NCBI GenBank assembly: GCA_050250255.1
Contig: JBFWOZ010000010.1
Location: 1 to 64,000 of the forward strand
DNA from: Bdellovibrionales bacterium
Lineage (GTDB): Bacteria > Bdellovibrionota > Bdellovibrionia > Bdellovibrionales > DASUEL01
DNA: 64,000 bases
Direction: 5' to 3'
This document shows, in pieces, positions 27,715-37,113 of this stretch (positions within the stretch are counted from its first letter, which is position 1; each line of letters begins with the position of its first letter). The notes beneath the pieces are model-generated. The model was not told where the DNA came from. It was given only the letters and a program-made list of their open reading frames with translations, and did not search any database. Made by a program: the position numbers and the translations under genes.

Positions 27715-28809
27715 ATGGATGGACCTCGAGCCCCGGAAGCCTCAGAGTTTGATCGTCTTTTACATTTTTTGAACCAAAATTTACGTGCTGGAGAAGGTTG
27801 GTCTATTCGTGATGAATATCCTACCGCTTTAGACCAAAATAATTTGGGCAACATACGAGTCATCACCGAGAATAATAAAATTCTCTCTCACGCGGTGGTG
27901 AAGCCGGTGATGATCAAGACGCCACTTGGGATGTTCAAAGTTGCGGGAATTGGAAGCGTCGTTACCGACCAGAATTTTCGTAGCCAAGGACTGAGCAAAC
28001 AAATCATTGAAGATTGTGTGGCGGTTGCTCAAGCGCAAAATTGTGATTTCGCCATTCTTTGGACAAATCTTTTTGAGTTCTACCGCAAATTAGGTTTTGA
28101 ACTTGCGGGAAGTGAACAAAGTTACGTGATCAATCGAGAACTACCGGTACCTTCCACAGATTTAAAATTTGTTAAGGGAAATAAAGTGGATCCCGAAGCT
28201 CTACTGCGAGTGTATTCTCAGCATACAGTCTCGAGCGTTCGAAGTTTTGATGAAGTGAGAAAATACCTTCAGATTCCTAACTCCAATGTGTACACCGCTT
28301 GGGGAGCCGACGGCCAACTTAAAGCCTACGCTGCTGAGGGGAAGGGCGCGGATCTTCAGGGGTATATTCATGAATGGGGCGGGCAGCTTTCAAACTTCCT
28401 TCCGCTTCTCAACCATATTTATAAAGATCAAAAAAAGCAGATCACTTTGATTGCGCCAAGACATTCGGAAAATCTCCATCTGAAATTAAAGTCATTCGGA
28501 GTTCAGGAGATCCCGGGATATTTAGGAATGATTAAAATTCTAAATCCCCAAGTGCTCTTTGGAAAGATCCTTCGCTCCATCCGTGCCGATCAAGGGCATG
28601 AAGATTTTGTTTTTGAAAAACGTCAGGACGGTTATTACATCGGTACGCAAAGCAAGATGTTCAAAACTGATTCTGAAGCCGATATCATTCGTTTGATTTT
28701 TGGTCCTTACAAACCCTCGGCTATTCATAGTTTTGATCCGCCACTTTTGGCACTTCTCGAAAAAACATTACCCATTCCCATGTGGATTTGGGGTTGGGAT
28801 TCAGTATGA
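27715..28809 (+). CDS. GNAT acetyltransferase (Eis-like)
   Basis: IGSVVTD..FRSQGLS and FYRKLGF. Confidence 0.85.
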   Translation: MDGPRAPEASEFDRLLHFLNQNLRAGEGWSIRDEYPTALDQNNLGNIRVITENNKILSHAVVKPVMIKTPLGMFKVAGIGSVVTDQNFRSQGLSKQIIEDCVAVAQAQNCDFAILWTNLFEFYRKLGFELAGSEQSYVINRELPVPSTDLKFVKGNKVDPEALLRVYSQHTVSSVRSFDEVRKYLQIPNSNVYTAWGADGQLKAYAAEGKGADLQGYIHEWGGQLSNFLPLLNHIYKDQKKQITLIAPRHSENLHLKLKSFGVQEIPGYLGMIKILNPQVLFGKILRSIRADQGHEDFVFEKRQDGYYIGTQSKMFKTDSEADIIRLIFGPYKPSAIHSFDPPLLALLEKTLPIPMWIWGWDSV

Positions 28810-29492
28810 CAAAATGGGGTTTTGTTGCACTCTTGGCGCTCGTTGGATGTATTGAGAAAGAAAAAATGGAAGTGCCACCCGCAGTGGCGTGCGAAAGTGT
28901 TGAGAGCACATTAAATACGGCGATCGGTGGATCAGAAAACCGTTTAGCAGAAGAGGATTGGGTGCATTTTGAAGATTCCATCGCTCCGACGTCTCAACCA
29001 GCCACAATTCTTGCCGATCAGCTGAATAAAATTATTAAGCTCATTCAAGTCGGAACCACTACCCCACCAGTTTATGAAATACGCTCTTTAGAAACAACCA
29101 TCAGCTATAAAAACGGTCAGCAGCAAAAAGAAACTCGTGAAGTCGTCGAACAAGGCCCTACTACCTTTGCACTTTGTCCTTCTTCCTCAGCTGTGAGTTA
29201 TCATGGTTTAGGTGCGGGACAAACGAAGGTGAGCGCTCTTCAATACAAAGACAGCTGCGGCTCGTTTGTAGATTGTAAAATCACGGTCACCCATATGAAC
29301 TTTGATCAGTTGATTACCTTTCCTGATGGAACTCAAGAGGCGGCGAAATATCATCTAGTTTTAAGCGCTGAAGTTCCCTATGCGGGTCGTTTTCTGGAAA
29401 CTTGTGTGACTCAAGGATACGAGGTGAACGGACAAAAAATTCCGGCCACTCGCTGCAAACGCGTGAGAAACTTTGGTTTTAAAACCGAATAA
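28806..29492 (+). CDS. Hypothetical lipoprotein
   Basis: LVGC lipobox; ATGA overlap with the GNAT gene. Confidence 0.7.
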   Translation: MTKWGFVALLALVGCIEKEKMEVPPAVACESVESTLNTAIGGSENRLAEEDWVHFEDSIAPTSQPATILADQLNKIIKLIQVGTTTPPVYEIRSLETTISYKNGQQQKETREVVEQGPTTFALCPSSSAVSYHGLGAGQTKVSALQYKDSCGSFVDCKITVTHMNFDQLITFPDGTQEAAKYHLVLSAEVPYAGRFLETCVTQGYEVNGQKIPATRCKRVRNFGFKTE

Positions 29493-29496
29493 AAGC

Positions 29497-29679
29497 TTAG
29501 CTAGGCTCGTCGTCTTTACGGCTACGAACTTGGGGTTTTTCGTCTCCGCCAATACCTTCTTTAAATCCACGAATGGCTTCTCCAAGAGACTTTCCGAGAC
29601 CGGGAAGGCGGGTGGGGCCAAAGAAAATCAATGCAATCACTGTTAAAAGTAGTAAATGTCCAATACTCAAACCGCCCAT
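29497..29679 (-). CDS. tatA: Twin-arginine translocase TatA/E, second copy
   Basis: FFGPTRLPGLGKSLGEAIRGFK; AGGAGG RBS. Confidence 0.9.
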   Translation of the reverse strand: MGGLSIGHLLLLTVIALIFFGPTRLPGLGKSLGEAIRGFKEGIGGDEKPQVRSRKDDEPS

Positions 29680-29758
29680 ACATCCTCCTGGCTTTTTGTC
29701 TCTATGTGCTAAGACTACTCTTGTGTTAAGAAAATCTCAACTCAAGATAGGAGGGACC

Positions 29759-30412
29759 ATGAAACAAATAGCGGTTGTCCTCGCAGGATGCGGGTTTAAA
29801 GACGGTTCGGAGATCACCGAGGCGGTCAGTACATTAATTTCGCTTTCAGAATTTGGTGTGGAATATCAATGTTTTGCTCCGCATTTAGAAATCGAAGCCA
29901 AAAACAATATTACCAATACCGAAATGGGCCAAAAACGAAACGTTTTGATCGAAGCCGCTCGTATTTCTCGAGGGCAGATCAAAGACATTCGTGAATTAAA
30001 ATCTGAAGAGTTTGATGGCCTTGTTTTTCCGGGCGGTTTTGGTGTCGCCACTCATCTTTGTAACTTTGCTCAAAAAGGGTCGAAGGCCGAAGTTCACCCT
30101 GAAGTTTCTCGAGTGATTCAATCTTTCCACGCAGAATCAAAGCCTATTTGCGCGATCTGTATTGCTCCAAGCTTACTGGCTCTTACATTAGGAAAAGAAG
30201 GGGTGACTCTCACTCTGGGAGATGATCCCGAAACGATTCAAGAGATTATAAAAACCGGTGCGCAACACGAAGAGTGTCCTGTTGAAGACTTCGTGACCGA
30301 CCGCCAACACAAAATTGTGACGACGCCAGCATATATGTACGGGAAAGCGAAGCCGTATCAGGTTTTTAAAGGAATTCGCGCGGCCTTACAAGAATTTGTG
30401 GAAATGGCCTAG
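29759..30412 (+). CDS. elbB: ElbB/ES1 glyoxalase (DJ-1/PfpI superfamily)
   Basis: AVVLAGCG..DGSEI.E, EAARISRG, PGGFG, CIAP, TTPAYM. Confidence 0.92.
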   Translation: MKQIAVVLAGCGFKDGSEITEAVSTLISLSEFGVEYQCFAPHLEIEAKNNITNTEMGQKRNVLIEAARISRGQIKDIRELKSEEFDGLVFPGGFGVATHLCNFAQKGSKAEVHPEVSRVIQSFHAESKPICAICIAPSLLALTLGKEGVTLTLGDDPETIQEIIKTGAQHEECPVEDFVTDRQHKIVTTPAYMYGKAKPYQVFKGIRAALQEFVEMA

Positions 30413-30538
30413 GCCGCCCGCAAAAGTATCATCTGCTTCGTTGCAAACACCAAAAGTCTCACTCCAACGTGCAGGAGCACGTTTCCGTTCGATTTTGGCT
30501 TGAACGCCTCGCATCTGATACTTTTTCGGACGGCCTAG
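30409..30538. mobile_element. MITE-like intergenic element (~130 bp) with 23-bp terminal inverted repeats
   Basis: CTAGGCCGCCCGCAAAAGTATCA ... TGATACTTTTTCGGACGGCCTAG (2 mismatches); central AACGTGC-AGGA-GCACGTT hairpin. Confidence 0.7.
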
Positions 30539-31245
30539 CGTTTAAATTTCTTGAGTGCTTTTTGATGTTCCATTTTCATCCAGAGAGAGGAAAAAATCTT
30601 CTCTTCTTTTTCCCCCGACCATAATTTCAACGCAGAAAAGTTTTTTTGTGGAAGCTGGGAATGCCTTAAAAGAATTTCTTGAGCTCTGGGTATAAGTTTA
30701 TTTTGCGGAAGAATTTCGTCCACCCAACCGAGACTTTGGGCTTCGTAGGCAGAGACGGTGCGTGAGAGGAGAAGCTGGCGCTTTAAGTTCGTGAGCGAAG
30801 TGCGGTTAAGAAGTCTGCGACCGCCACCCCAACCAAAACTTAAACCCAATTGCCTTTGCCAGAGGCCAAAAAAGGAATGAGGGGCCGAGAGTACAATGTC
30901 AAAACAAGAGAGAAGTTCCATGCCTCCGCCAAAACAATCCCCATTGGCAAGGGCGATCGTTAATCCTTGATGTTGCTCGAGAGTTTTCAGAGCACTTCGT
31001 ACTGCTAATTGAGTTTTGAAACTCGCCATTTTAGATTTGGCTTGGATTTGTTCTGCTAAATTTCCGCCCGTACAAAAAAAGCGTGAGCCGGTCGACTGAA
31101 AAATAATGGAAGAGTGTGTGTGCTTTTTTAAAAGAGACGTAAGGACTTTTGCCTCTGCTTGGCCAAGACTATGCCCTAATTCGGAATGATCCAATGTGAC
31201 AATCAATGTTTGGTCTATCTCTTCGAAGCGAATCATTTCTCTCAT
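30535..31245 (-). CDS. Enoyl-CoA hydratase/isomerase family protein
   Basis: FCTGGNL, NG.CFGGGMEL, A.EA..LG.VD. Confidence 0.85.
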   Translation of the reverse strand: MREMIRFEEIDQTLIVTLDHSELGHSLGQAEAKVLTSLLKKHTHSSIIFQSTGSRFFCTGGNLAEQIQAKSKMASFKTQLAVRSALKTLEQHQGLTIALANGDCFGGGMELLSCFDIVLSAPHSFFGLWQRQLGLSFGWGGGRRLLNRTSLTNLKRQLLLSRTVSAYEAQSLGWVDEILPQNKLIPRAQEILLRHSQLPQKNFSALKLWSGEKEEKIFSSLWMKMEHQKALKKFKR

Positions 31246-31284
31246 TATGCTTGAATCTCTTTTTCTGTCCAGTAGTCTGGGAAT

Positions 31285-32202
31285 ATGGGATTGGGACACA
31301 GCCACCATCATCACCACGACTACCAAGAAGATCGTGCACAATTTCAACGATCTTTGCTTTGGGTTTTAGGTTTAACTCTCACTTTTATGTTTGTGGAAGT
31401 AGGATTTGGCTTTTTCACAAACAGTCTGGCCTTACTCGCCGACGGCGTTCATATGCTGACGGATGTGGCAAGCCTCGCCCTTACCTTCGTGGCTTTTATC
31501 TGGAGCCAAAGACCTGCAACGAAGATGAAAACCTTTGGTTTTTATCGCGTAGAAATTCTTGCAGCTTTTGTAAACGGTCTTTTTCTTATGCTGCTCTCCG
31601 CGGGAATTATTTGGAGCGCCTGGAGTCGCCTTTCAGAACCTCTTGAAATCAAATCCACGGAAATGTTGATCGTGGCGTGCATTGGGTTATTAGTAAATTT
31701 AATTGCAGGCTTTATTCTTTTTAAGCAGAGCCATAAAAATTTGAATCTTCAGGGAGCTTTTTTACACGTGATGGGAGATACGCTCGCCTCCGTAGGAACT
31801 ATTGTAGCTTCGTGTTTGATAATATGGAAGGGTTGGACGCTCGCTGATCCAGTAGTGAGTCTTGTGATTTCTGTCATCATTATCATTTCGTCCTACCGAC
31901 TTGTGGCAGACGCAGTTCACATTATTCTCCAGGGTGTACCTGCAAATATAGATCCCCTACTTATTGATCAGGAGTTACGACAACTAAAAGGTGTTACGGA
32001 CTTGCATCATCTGCATGTTTGGAGCTTAAGCTCCAATATGAATGTTTTAACGGTGCATTTAGTAGTAAGTGGTGGTTGCCAAGAGCACACGGCCTTTCTT
32101 TCGGAGGCCAGTGAGTTAGTACGTAAAAAGTTTGGAATTTCTCACACCACAATCCAAATCGAAACCACATCACTCGAGTCAAAAGAGCTCCACTTCCCTT
32201 AA
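31285..32202 (+). CDS. czcD: CDF Zn/Co/Cd transporter (CzcD/ZitB)
   Basis: His-rich N-terminus, ALLADGVHMLTD, HVMGD, HHLHVW, HTTIQ. Confidence 0.92.
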   Translation: MGLGHSHHHHHDYQEDRAQFQRSLLWVLGLTLTFMFVEVGFGFFTNSLALLADGVHMLTDVASLALTFVAFIWSQRPATKMKTFGFYRVEILAAFVNGLFLMLLSAGIIWSAWSRLSEPLEIKSTEMLIVACIGLLVNLIAGFILFKQSHKNLNLQGAFLHVMGDTLASVGTIVASCLIIWKGWTLADPVVSLVISVIIIISSYRLVADAVHIILQGVPANIDPLLIDQELRQLKGVTDLHHLHVWSLSSNMNVLTVHLVVSGGCQEHTAFLSEASELVRKKFGISHTTIQIETTSLESKELHFP

Positions 32203-32203
32203 T

Positions 32204-32270
32204 AATACCGGTTTTCTGGAATACCGGAATACCGGCACACGGAATCCCCGTATAATTCCAGGATACCGTG
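32204..32270. repeat. Degenerate octamer array (AATACCGG)
   Basis: AATACCGG at 32204, 32220 and 32228 plus degenerate neighbours. Confidence 0.7.
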
Positions 32271-32409
32271 AAGACACCAACCTTTTAATTAACCGAATTG
32301 CTTCGTTGTTCGCTCTTAGTCTGGAGGGCGGGAGGGGACCCACTCTCAGAGTTCTAGGATTGAACTCGAAATCGTTCGGTCGATTTCAGATATATGCAGA
32401 GGGGGATTC

Positions 32410-34278
32410 ATGCAATTAAAGAAACCCGTTAGTTTTTTGGTGTTTCTGATTATTTCGCTCATAGTTGTGAACTTGTGGTTGTTTCAAAGTTGGTATTCAG
32501 AGTCCACATTGGAAAAATCTCAAAAAGCTGAAGAGTCTGTCTCCTTTGCGCCATTTCCAACAGAAAACGGAGCTCGTGACCTACAAAACGAGGAGGCAGT
32601 TCCCGAGCTCAAAGAAGAAGAAACTTCGAGTGGTTCCTTCTCGCCGGGCGCACCAGTGGTCAGAAAACCCGCTTTGCGAACGAAGGTCGCCCGTAAAGCT
32701 TCCAAAGAACATTTGAAAAGAGGATTTCGCTATCTGGAAGAGTCGCTTCCACGTACAGAAGAGGCCAACACCATCATTCAAACATTGATTATGAGCGAGA
32801 TTCAGTCACATGCCGCGGTGGTGATCGCAAAAGAAAACTTAAAATTTCAATCTCAGCAGGTGATGGCATCTCGTCATCTGGTTGAACAAACTTATTTTAC
32901 GTATCAGCAATATGCTAACGACCTTCCGGTAGAGCATGGAAGCGCGCGGGGCATAGCCATGAACCTTCCGAGTGGGCCTGTGCTGACTTATGTGGATTAT
33001 AATATTGCGGAAATTCCGGAGCGCACGGTTCAACAATCTTTATCGGAAGAACAAGCTTTGACGGCTGCTCGAAGTGCTTTTGCGAATTCTAAAAATCTTT
33101 CTATCCACAAACAAAATCGTTTATACCGGGTGATTGATGGGCAGTGGGAGCCTGTTTACGATTTTGAATTTGTCGGTGAGCCAACCGCGATCAGTGTGCA
33201 CATCGAAACGGGCAAAGTTTATCGGGAAAATCGAGCGCACGCGGCGAAAACCATTTCCGGGCAAGTGGGCGGCCGCGGAGTACAGTTTGATCCCGTGAAG
33301 GGGCGTAATCTTCTTTTGCCACTTCCTTATTTAACGATCAAAGGTTCTGCAGGTGCTGTCGCTGAGACGAATGCTAAGGGGGCTTATCAAATCAATGTTG
33401 GTGCAGATCGGAACCTTATTGCGACACTCACGGGTCGTTACGCGAAAGTAATTTCAGAGAGTGGCGGAAATGTTATTGCGAGCGCAAACATTGGGTCGGG
33501 TAAAGCAATCAATCTTGGTTTAAATTTAACTCCACGAGTGAGTACCACCGCACAAGTAAATGCCTACTATCACACGAATGTGGTTCGTGAATATTTGAAG
33601 CTTAATGGAGTGAACCACGTAGGGCTGGATCGATCAGTGCCAATCACGGTGAATGGTTCTTTGTTTCCGGGCGGGCAACGGGGCACATGTAACGCTTATT
33701 TTTACACGGGCGCACTCTACTTTTTCAAAGAAGGTGGGGGTTGTAACAATCTCGCTTTTGATACGGTGATTTATCACGAGTATGGTCACTTGGCTGACGA
33801 TACCTTTGGTGGCATTACGGATTATGGTTTATCCGAAGGCTGGGGCGATGTACTTGCCGTTTTGATCACAGGGCAGCCTCAGATTGGTGAAAATTGGGAG
33901 CAATCTTCCTCGGCTCCGCTTAGACGTAGTGATAACGATTACGTCTACGGACAGTGGGATGAAGAACATGATCAAGGACAGGCGTGGGCAGGATTCGCAT
34001 GGCACTTGCGTGCAGAGCTGATCAAAAAATATAGTACTCAAAAGGGTGTGGAGCTCGTAGAGGATCTTGTTTTACCAGGGCTTGTCTCTAACTCCACAGA
34101 TATTCCATCAGCGGTTCGAGAAGTGATGGTGAGAGATGACAATGATGGAAATCTCTCAAATGGTACGCCAAATCTAGAGCAAATTAAGATTGCGGCCGCA
34201 AAGCATGGTCTGACGTCATTCTTGACGATTACCTCAAAAGTACAACTCACTCCGCAGTTAGCAAATGTTCTACAGTAA
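32410..34278 (+). CDS. Secreted zinc metalloprotease (M4/M36-like gluzincin with propeptide)
   Basis: NAYF, HEYGH, GLSEGWGD, EEH..G; FTP/PepSY-like propeptide region. Confidence 0.85.
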   Translation: MQLKKPVSFLVFLIISLIVVNLWLFQSWYSESTLEKSQKAEESVSFAPFPTENGARDLQNEEAVPELKEEETSSGSFSPGAPVVRKPALRTKVARKASKEHLKRGFRYLEESLPRTEEANTIIQTLIMSEIQSHAAVVIAKENLKFQSQQVMASRHLVEQTYFTYQQYANDLPVEHGSARGIAMNLPSGPVLTYVDYNIAEIPERTVQQSLSEEQALTAARSAFANSKNLSIHKQNRLYRVIDGQWEPVYDFEFVGEPTAISVHIETGKVYRENRAHAAKTISGQVGGRGVQFDPVKGRNLLLPLPYLTIKGSAGAVAETNAKGAYQINVGADRNLIATLTGRYAKVISESGGNVIASANIGSGKAINLGLNLTPRVSTTAQVNAYYHTNVVREYLKLNGVNHVGLDRSVPITVNGSLFPGGQRGTCNAYFYTGALYFFKEGGGCNNLAFDTVIYHEYGHLADDTFGGITDYGLSEGWGDVLAVLITGQPQIGENWEQSSSAPLRRSDNDYVYGQWDEEHDQGQAWAGFAWHLRAELIKKYSTQKGVELVEDLVLPGLVSNSTDIPSAVREVMVRDDNDGNLSNGTPNLEQIKIAAAKHGLTSFLTITSKVQLTPQLANVLQ

Positions 34279-34289
34279 TGATTTTGTAA

Positions 34290-34979
34290 TTACAAAGTTT
34301 GTAGGGCTTCCGAATAAACTTCACCGGTTTTAATGAAACGCACACCCACACCTGGGGTTTGCGTTTTATAGTTGGGATTGTGGGAGTTCCAAATGACTTT
34401 CCCGCTCATTTCGTGAGCTCGCTCCACTTGATCAAGAGGAATATGAATTTTCAAAACTTCTCCGGCTAGAAAACTTCTATCGGTTGCGATGAAGGCACCA
34501 CCCATAGAGAGATTTCGAAGGGAGCATTCAAAAATTTCACCATTTCGGAAGATTTCCACTTTTGCTTTTTCTATGGTCGAGAAGCGTTTGTTATAACGGG
34601 TTAAGTAGCTTTCAAGTTTTTGAGTGCGTTCAATGATGCCTTGAAGTTCTTTTGTGCTAATGGGTTTTTCTACGACGAGAGTTTTTTTAGAATGGGGGAT
34701 AGGAAAACGTCCATCGGCATGAATCAGATCTGCGATGTAAAGAACGGGAGACTGACAGCCAATCGCGCGAAGTTGATCCACCATTTCCATTTTCTTGCGT
34801 GTGAAAATTTTTGTATTGATCAAAACGGCACCATATTTGGGTGAATGAAGAAGCGCATGGAGGGCCTGCTGAGGAGTGCGAACCCAATCAACATTCTGTT
34901 TTAGATGGCGAATCATGATGTCTTTTAGTTGAAAGCTTTCTTGATTAAATTGGCTCATAAGTAGAATGCGGTTATTCAT
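34290..34979 (-). CDS. Degenerate receiver plus PilZ domain protein
   Basis: RYNKR (RxxxR) and NLSMGG (D/NxSxxG) c-di-GMP motifs; the REC-like part has N where the phospho-Asp is expected. Confidence 0.85.
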   Translation of the reverse strand: MNNRILLMSQFNQESFQLKDIMIRHLKQNVDWVRTPQQALHALLHSPKYGAVLINTKIFTRKKMEMVDQLRAIGCQSPVLYIADLIHADGRFPIPHSKKTLVVEKPISTKELQGIIERTQKLESYLTRYNKRFSTIEKAKVEIFRNGEIFECSLRNLSMGGAFIATDRSFLAGEVLKIHIPLDQVERAHEMSGKVIWNSHNPNYKTQTPGVGVRFIKTGEVYSEALQTL

Positions 34980-35001
34980 AGGGCCTCCAACTCTTTACTT
35001 A

Positions 35002-35151
35002 TGGAATTATCATGCCACGAGACAATTTAATAAGTATTTGAAATTACTAGTCTTTATATGATACGCAAGGGCATGTTTGTACAAAAATTGAACAGATGTT
35101 GCGCCTTTAAAAGCTCTGAATTAGCGTAGTTCTCGCGTCTCAAAACGAGAC
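35002..35151 (-). promoter_or_regulatory. Candidate sigma54 promoter, IHF site and upstream palindrome
   Basis: TGGCAT-N5-TTCCA (35017-35002), TTTCAA-ATAC-TTA (35043-35031), GTCTCA-AAA-CGAGAC (35137-35151). Confidence 0.45.
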
Positions 35152-35196
35152 ATTGGACTTTTGAGAATTGGGATATACTGAAGGGAGAATATCAAA

Positions 35197-36153
35197 GTGG
35201 AGACTATTAGGATGATAAGATCTCTTTTTTCTTCTTTCGTTTTTTTCGCAATTTTCTTTTCTTCTTTTATGGCGGTGTCGTCTCCTCGCTTAGCGGTGGT
35301 ACTCCTTCCAGGAACTCTCAACTCCATCCTGCCTGGTCGAATCACCGAAGATTCCGTAAAAAAAATTCTGCTGACGACTCCGTATTTTAGTTCGGCCATT
35401 ATTCAATCTCTCGAAGAGGGCGGCGCACTTGTTCACGTTGTGAAAGGCTTAGCGCCGGCGGGCGACCTTGAAGAAAATGGTCGCGTCGCTTTGCTCTCCA
35501 TACAAAAATGGTATCGAGAAAGCGGGAACTCGTTACCTTTAATTTTGATTGGTCATAGTGCTGGTGGACAGTATGCGCTTTGGTTGGCCGCTCAAAATCA
35601 ATTACCCATTCAGAAAATTGTTTTCGTTTCGACACCTTTTAATGGAGCAAAACTTGCTGAGCGTTTTTTTGGATTTCCTTTTACAAATATTTTGAGATGG
35701 GGACCGCCCTCTTGGTTTTCTTTTTTTGATTGGCGCGGGCTCTACCAAATGAAGCCGACGGAAGTAAAAGAGTTCTTCAAGCGAATCCGTATTCCTGGCA
35801 ACATTGAGTTGCTCGCGTTTGGTGGAAGTCAGGATCTGCCACGCTCTCCCTTGCAGACCATCAGTGCCGAATATTTTTCTCCAGCGCTTGCGGTAACGGC
35901 AGGTCTCATTGGTGAAGAGAGCGATGGCATAGTGGAAATAAAATCTGCTTACTCGGATAAAGTCGAAATTCTTTCGCAACTAGATGAAAGAATAAACATT
36001 CAGTATCTTTCCGAAATGCACATGCCGCTTGAGCATCCCGAACAAGTTTTGGATTACCGTATTTTTAAATATATGGGTGCACGAAACTCAGAGTTCGTTT
36101 ACCAAAAACAGCGCGAAACTTATTCACGCCTCATGTCTTTGATGAATCGTTAA
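35197..36153 (+). CDS. Lipase-like alpha/beta hydrolase
   Basis: GHSAGG, STPFNG and SDGIV motifs. Confidence 0.8.
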   Translation: METIRMIRSLFSSFVFFAIFFSSFMAVSSPRLAVVLLPGTLNSILPGRITEDSVKKILLTTPYFSSAIIQSLEEGGALVHVVKGLAPAGDLEENGRVALLSIQKWYRESGNSLPLILIGHSAGGQYALWLAAQNQLPIQKIVFVSTPFNGAKLAERFFGFPFTNILRWGPPSWFSFFDWRGLYQMKPTEVKEFFKRIRIPGNIELLAFGGSQDLPRSPLQTISAEYFSPALAVTAGLIGEESDGIVEIKSAYSDKVEILSQLDERINIQYLSEMHMPLEHPEQVLDYRIFKYMGARNSEFVYQKQRETYSRLMSLMNR

Positions 36154-37082
36154 CGGTTCTGCGCAAATAAACACAACATTTCAAACATTACGTCCGTTGC
36201 CGCAAGTGTAGTGATCTCGGATTGATCGTAAGGAGGAGAAACTTCTACGATGTCACAACCTACAAGCTTTGGAAGCTTGAGATGTCGAAGGATACGTTGA
36301 ACTTCGTACGTGGTGAGGCCACCGACGACAGGCGTGCCGGTGCCAGGCGCGAAGGCCGGATCAAGGCTGTCGATATCGAAACTGATATAAGTTGGAAGAC
36401 CGGTATCAACTTTGAAAGTGCTTAAGAATTTTTCAAGGCCTGGCTTTCGAATATCATCAATCGTCACGACTTGGGTTTTGTGTTTTTTAGGGAAATCTAA
36501 ATCACCGGCGCCTGCGAGAGGGCCGCGAATCCCGATCGCCGTACTTTTTTTAGGATCGATGAGCCCCTCTTCCACCGCGTGTCTTGCAAAAGTGCCGTGA
36601 TGATATTCACAGCCCCAAGCAGCGGGGTAAGTATCAAGATGGGCGTCAAAATGTATCAGGCTTAGTTTCCCGTATTTTTTGTGGAGAGCACGGAGAATAG
36701 GAAGGGTGGTGGAGTGATCTCCACCGACAGAAATAAATTTTTTATCCTTTTTGAGGAGATCCCCAAAGAATTTTTCGATTTGCTTGTAGGTTTTTTCTTG
36801 AGAGATCGGCACCGTAGGACAATCGCCAATGTCGGCAACTTTGATTTTTTCAATGAAGTTCAGTCCACGACCCCAGTTGAAGCCACGACCCAAAGAAGAG
36901 CTTTCGCGAATTCGGGAGGGGGCAAAGCGCGCACCGGGTCGATAAGAAACGCCGCCGTCAAAGGGAACCCCAACGATTCCAACATCGTAATCGGCGTTTA
37001 TTTCTACATGAGGTAAGCGAAAAAAAGTTTTGATCCCAGAAAATCTTGGGAATTGGCGTCCATCGAGCGGCCGGTATTCCAT
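36150..37082 (-). CDS. speB: Agmatinase (ureohydrolase)
   Basis: GGDHS, DAHLD, SFDIDSLDPAFAPGTGTP, DIVEVSP. Confidence 0.9.
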   Translation of the reverse strand: MEYRPLDGRQFPRFSGIKTFFRLPHVEINADYDVGIVGVPFDGGVSYRPGARFAPSRIRESSSLGRGFNWGRGLNFIEKIKVADIGDCPTVPISQEKTYKQIEKFFGDLLKKDKKFISVGGDHSTTLPILRALHKKYGKLSLIHFDAHLDTYPAAWGCEYHHGTFARHAVEEGLIDPKKSTAIGIRGPLAGAGDLDFPKKHKTQVVTIDDIRKPGLEKFLSTFKVDTGLPTYISFDIDSLDPAFAPGTGTPVVGGLTTYEVQRILRHLKLPKLVGCDIVEVSPPYDQSEITTLAATDVMFEMLCLFAQNR

Positions 37083-37113
37083 TTTGCCTCCAGATCGCAT
37101 AGTATGTCACAAA

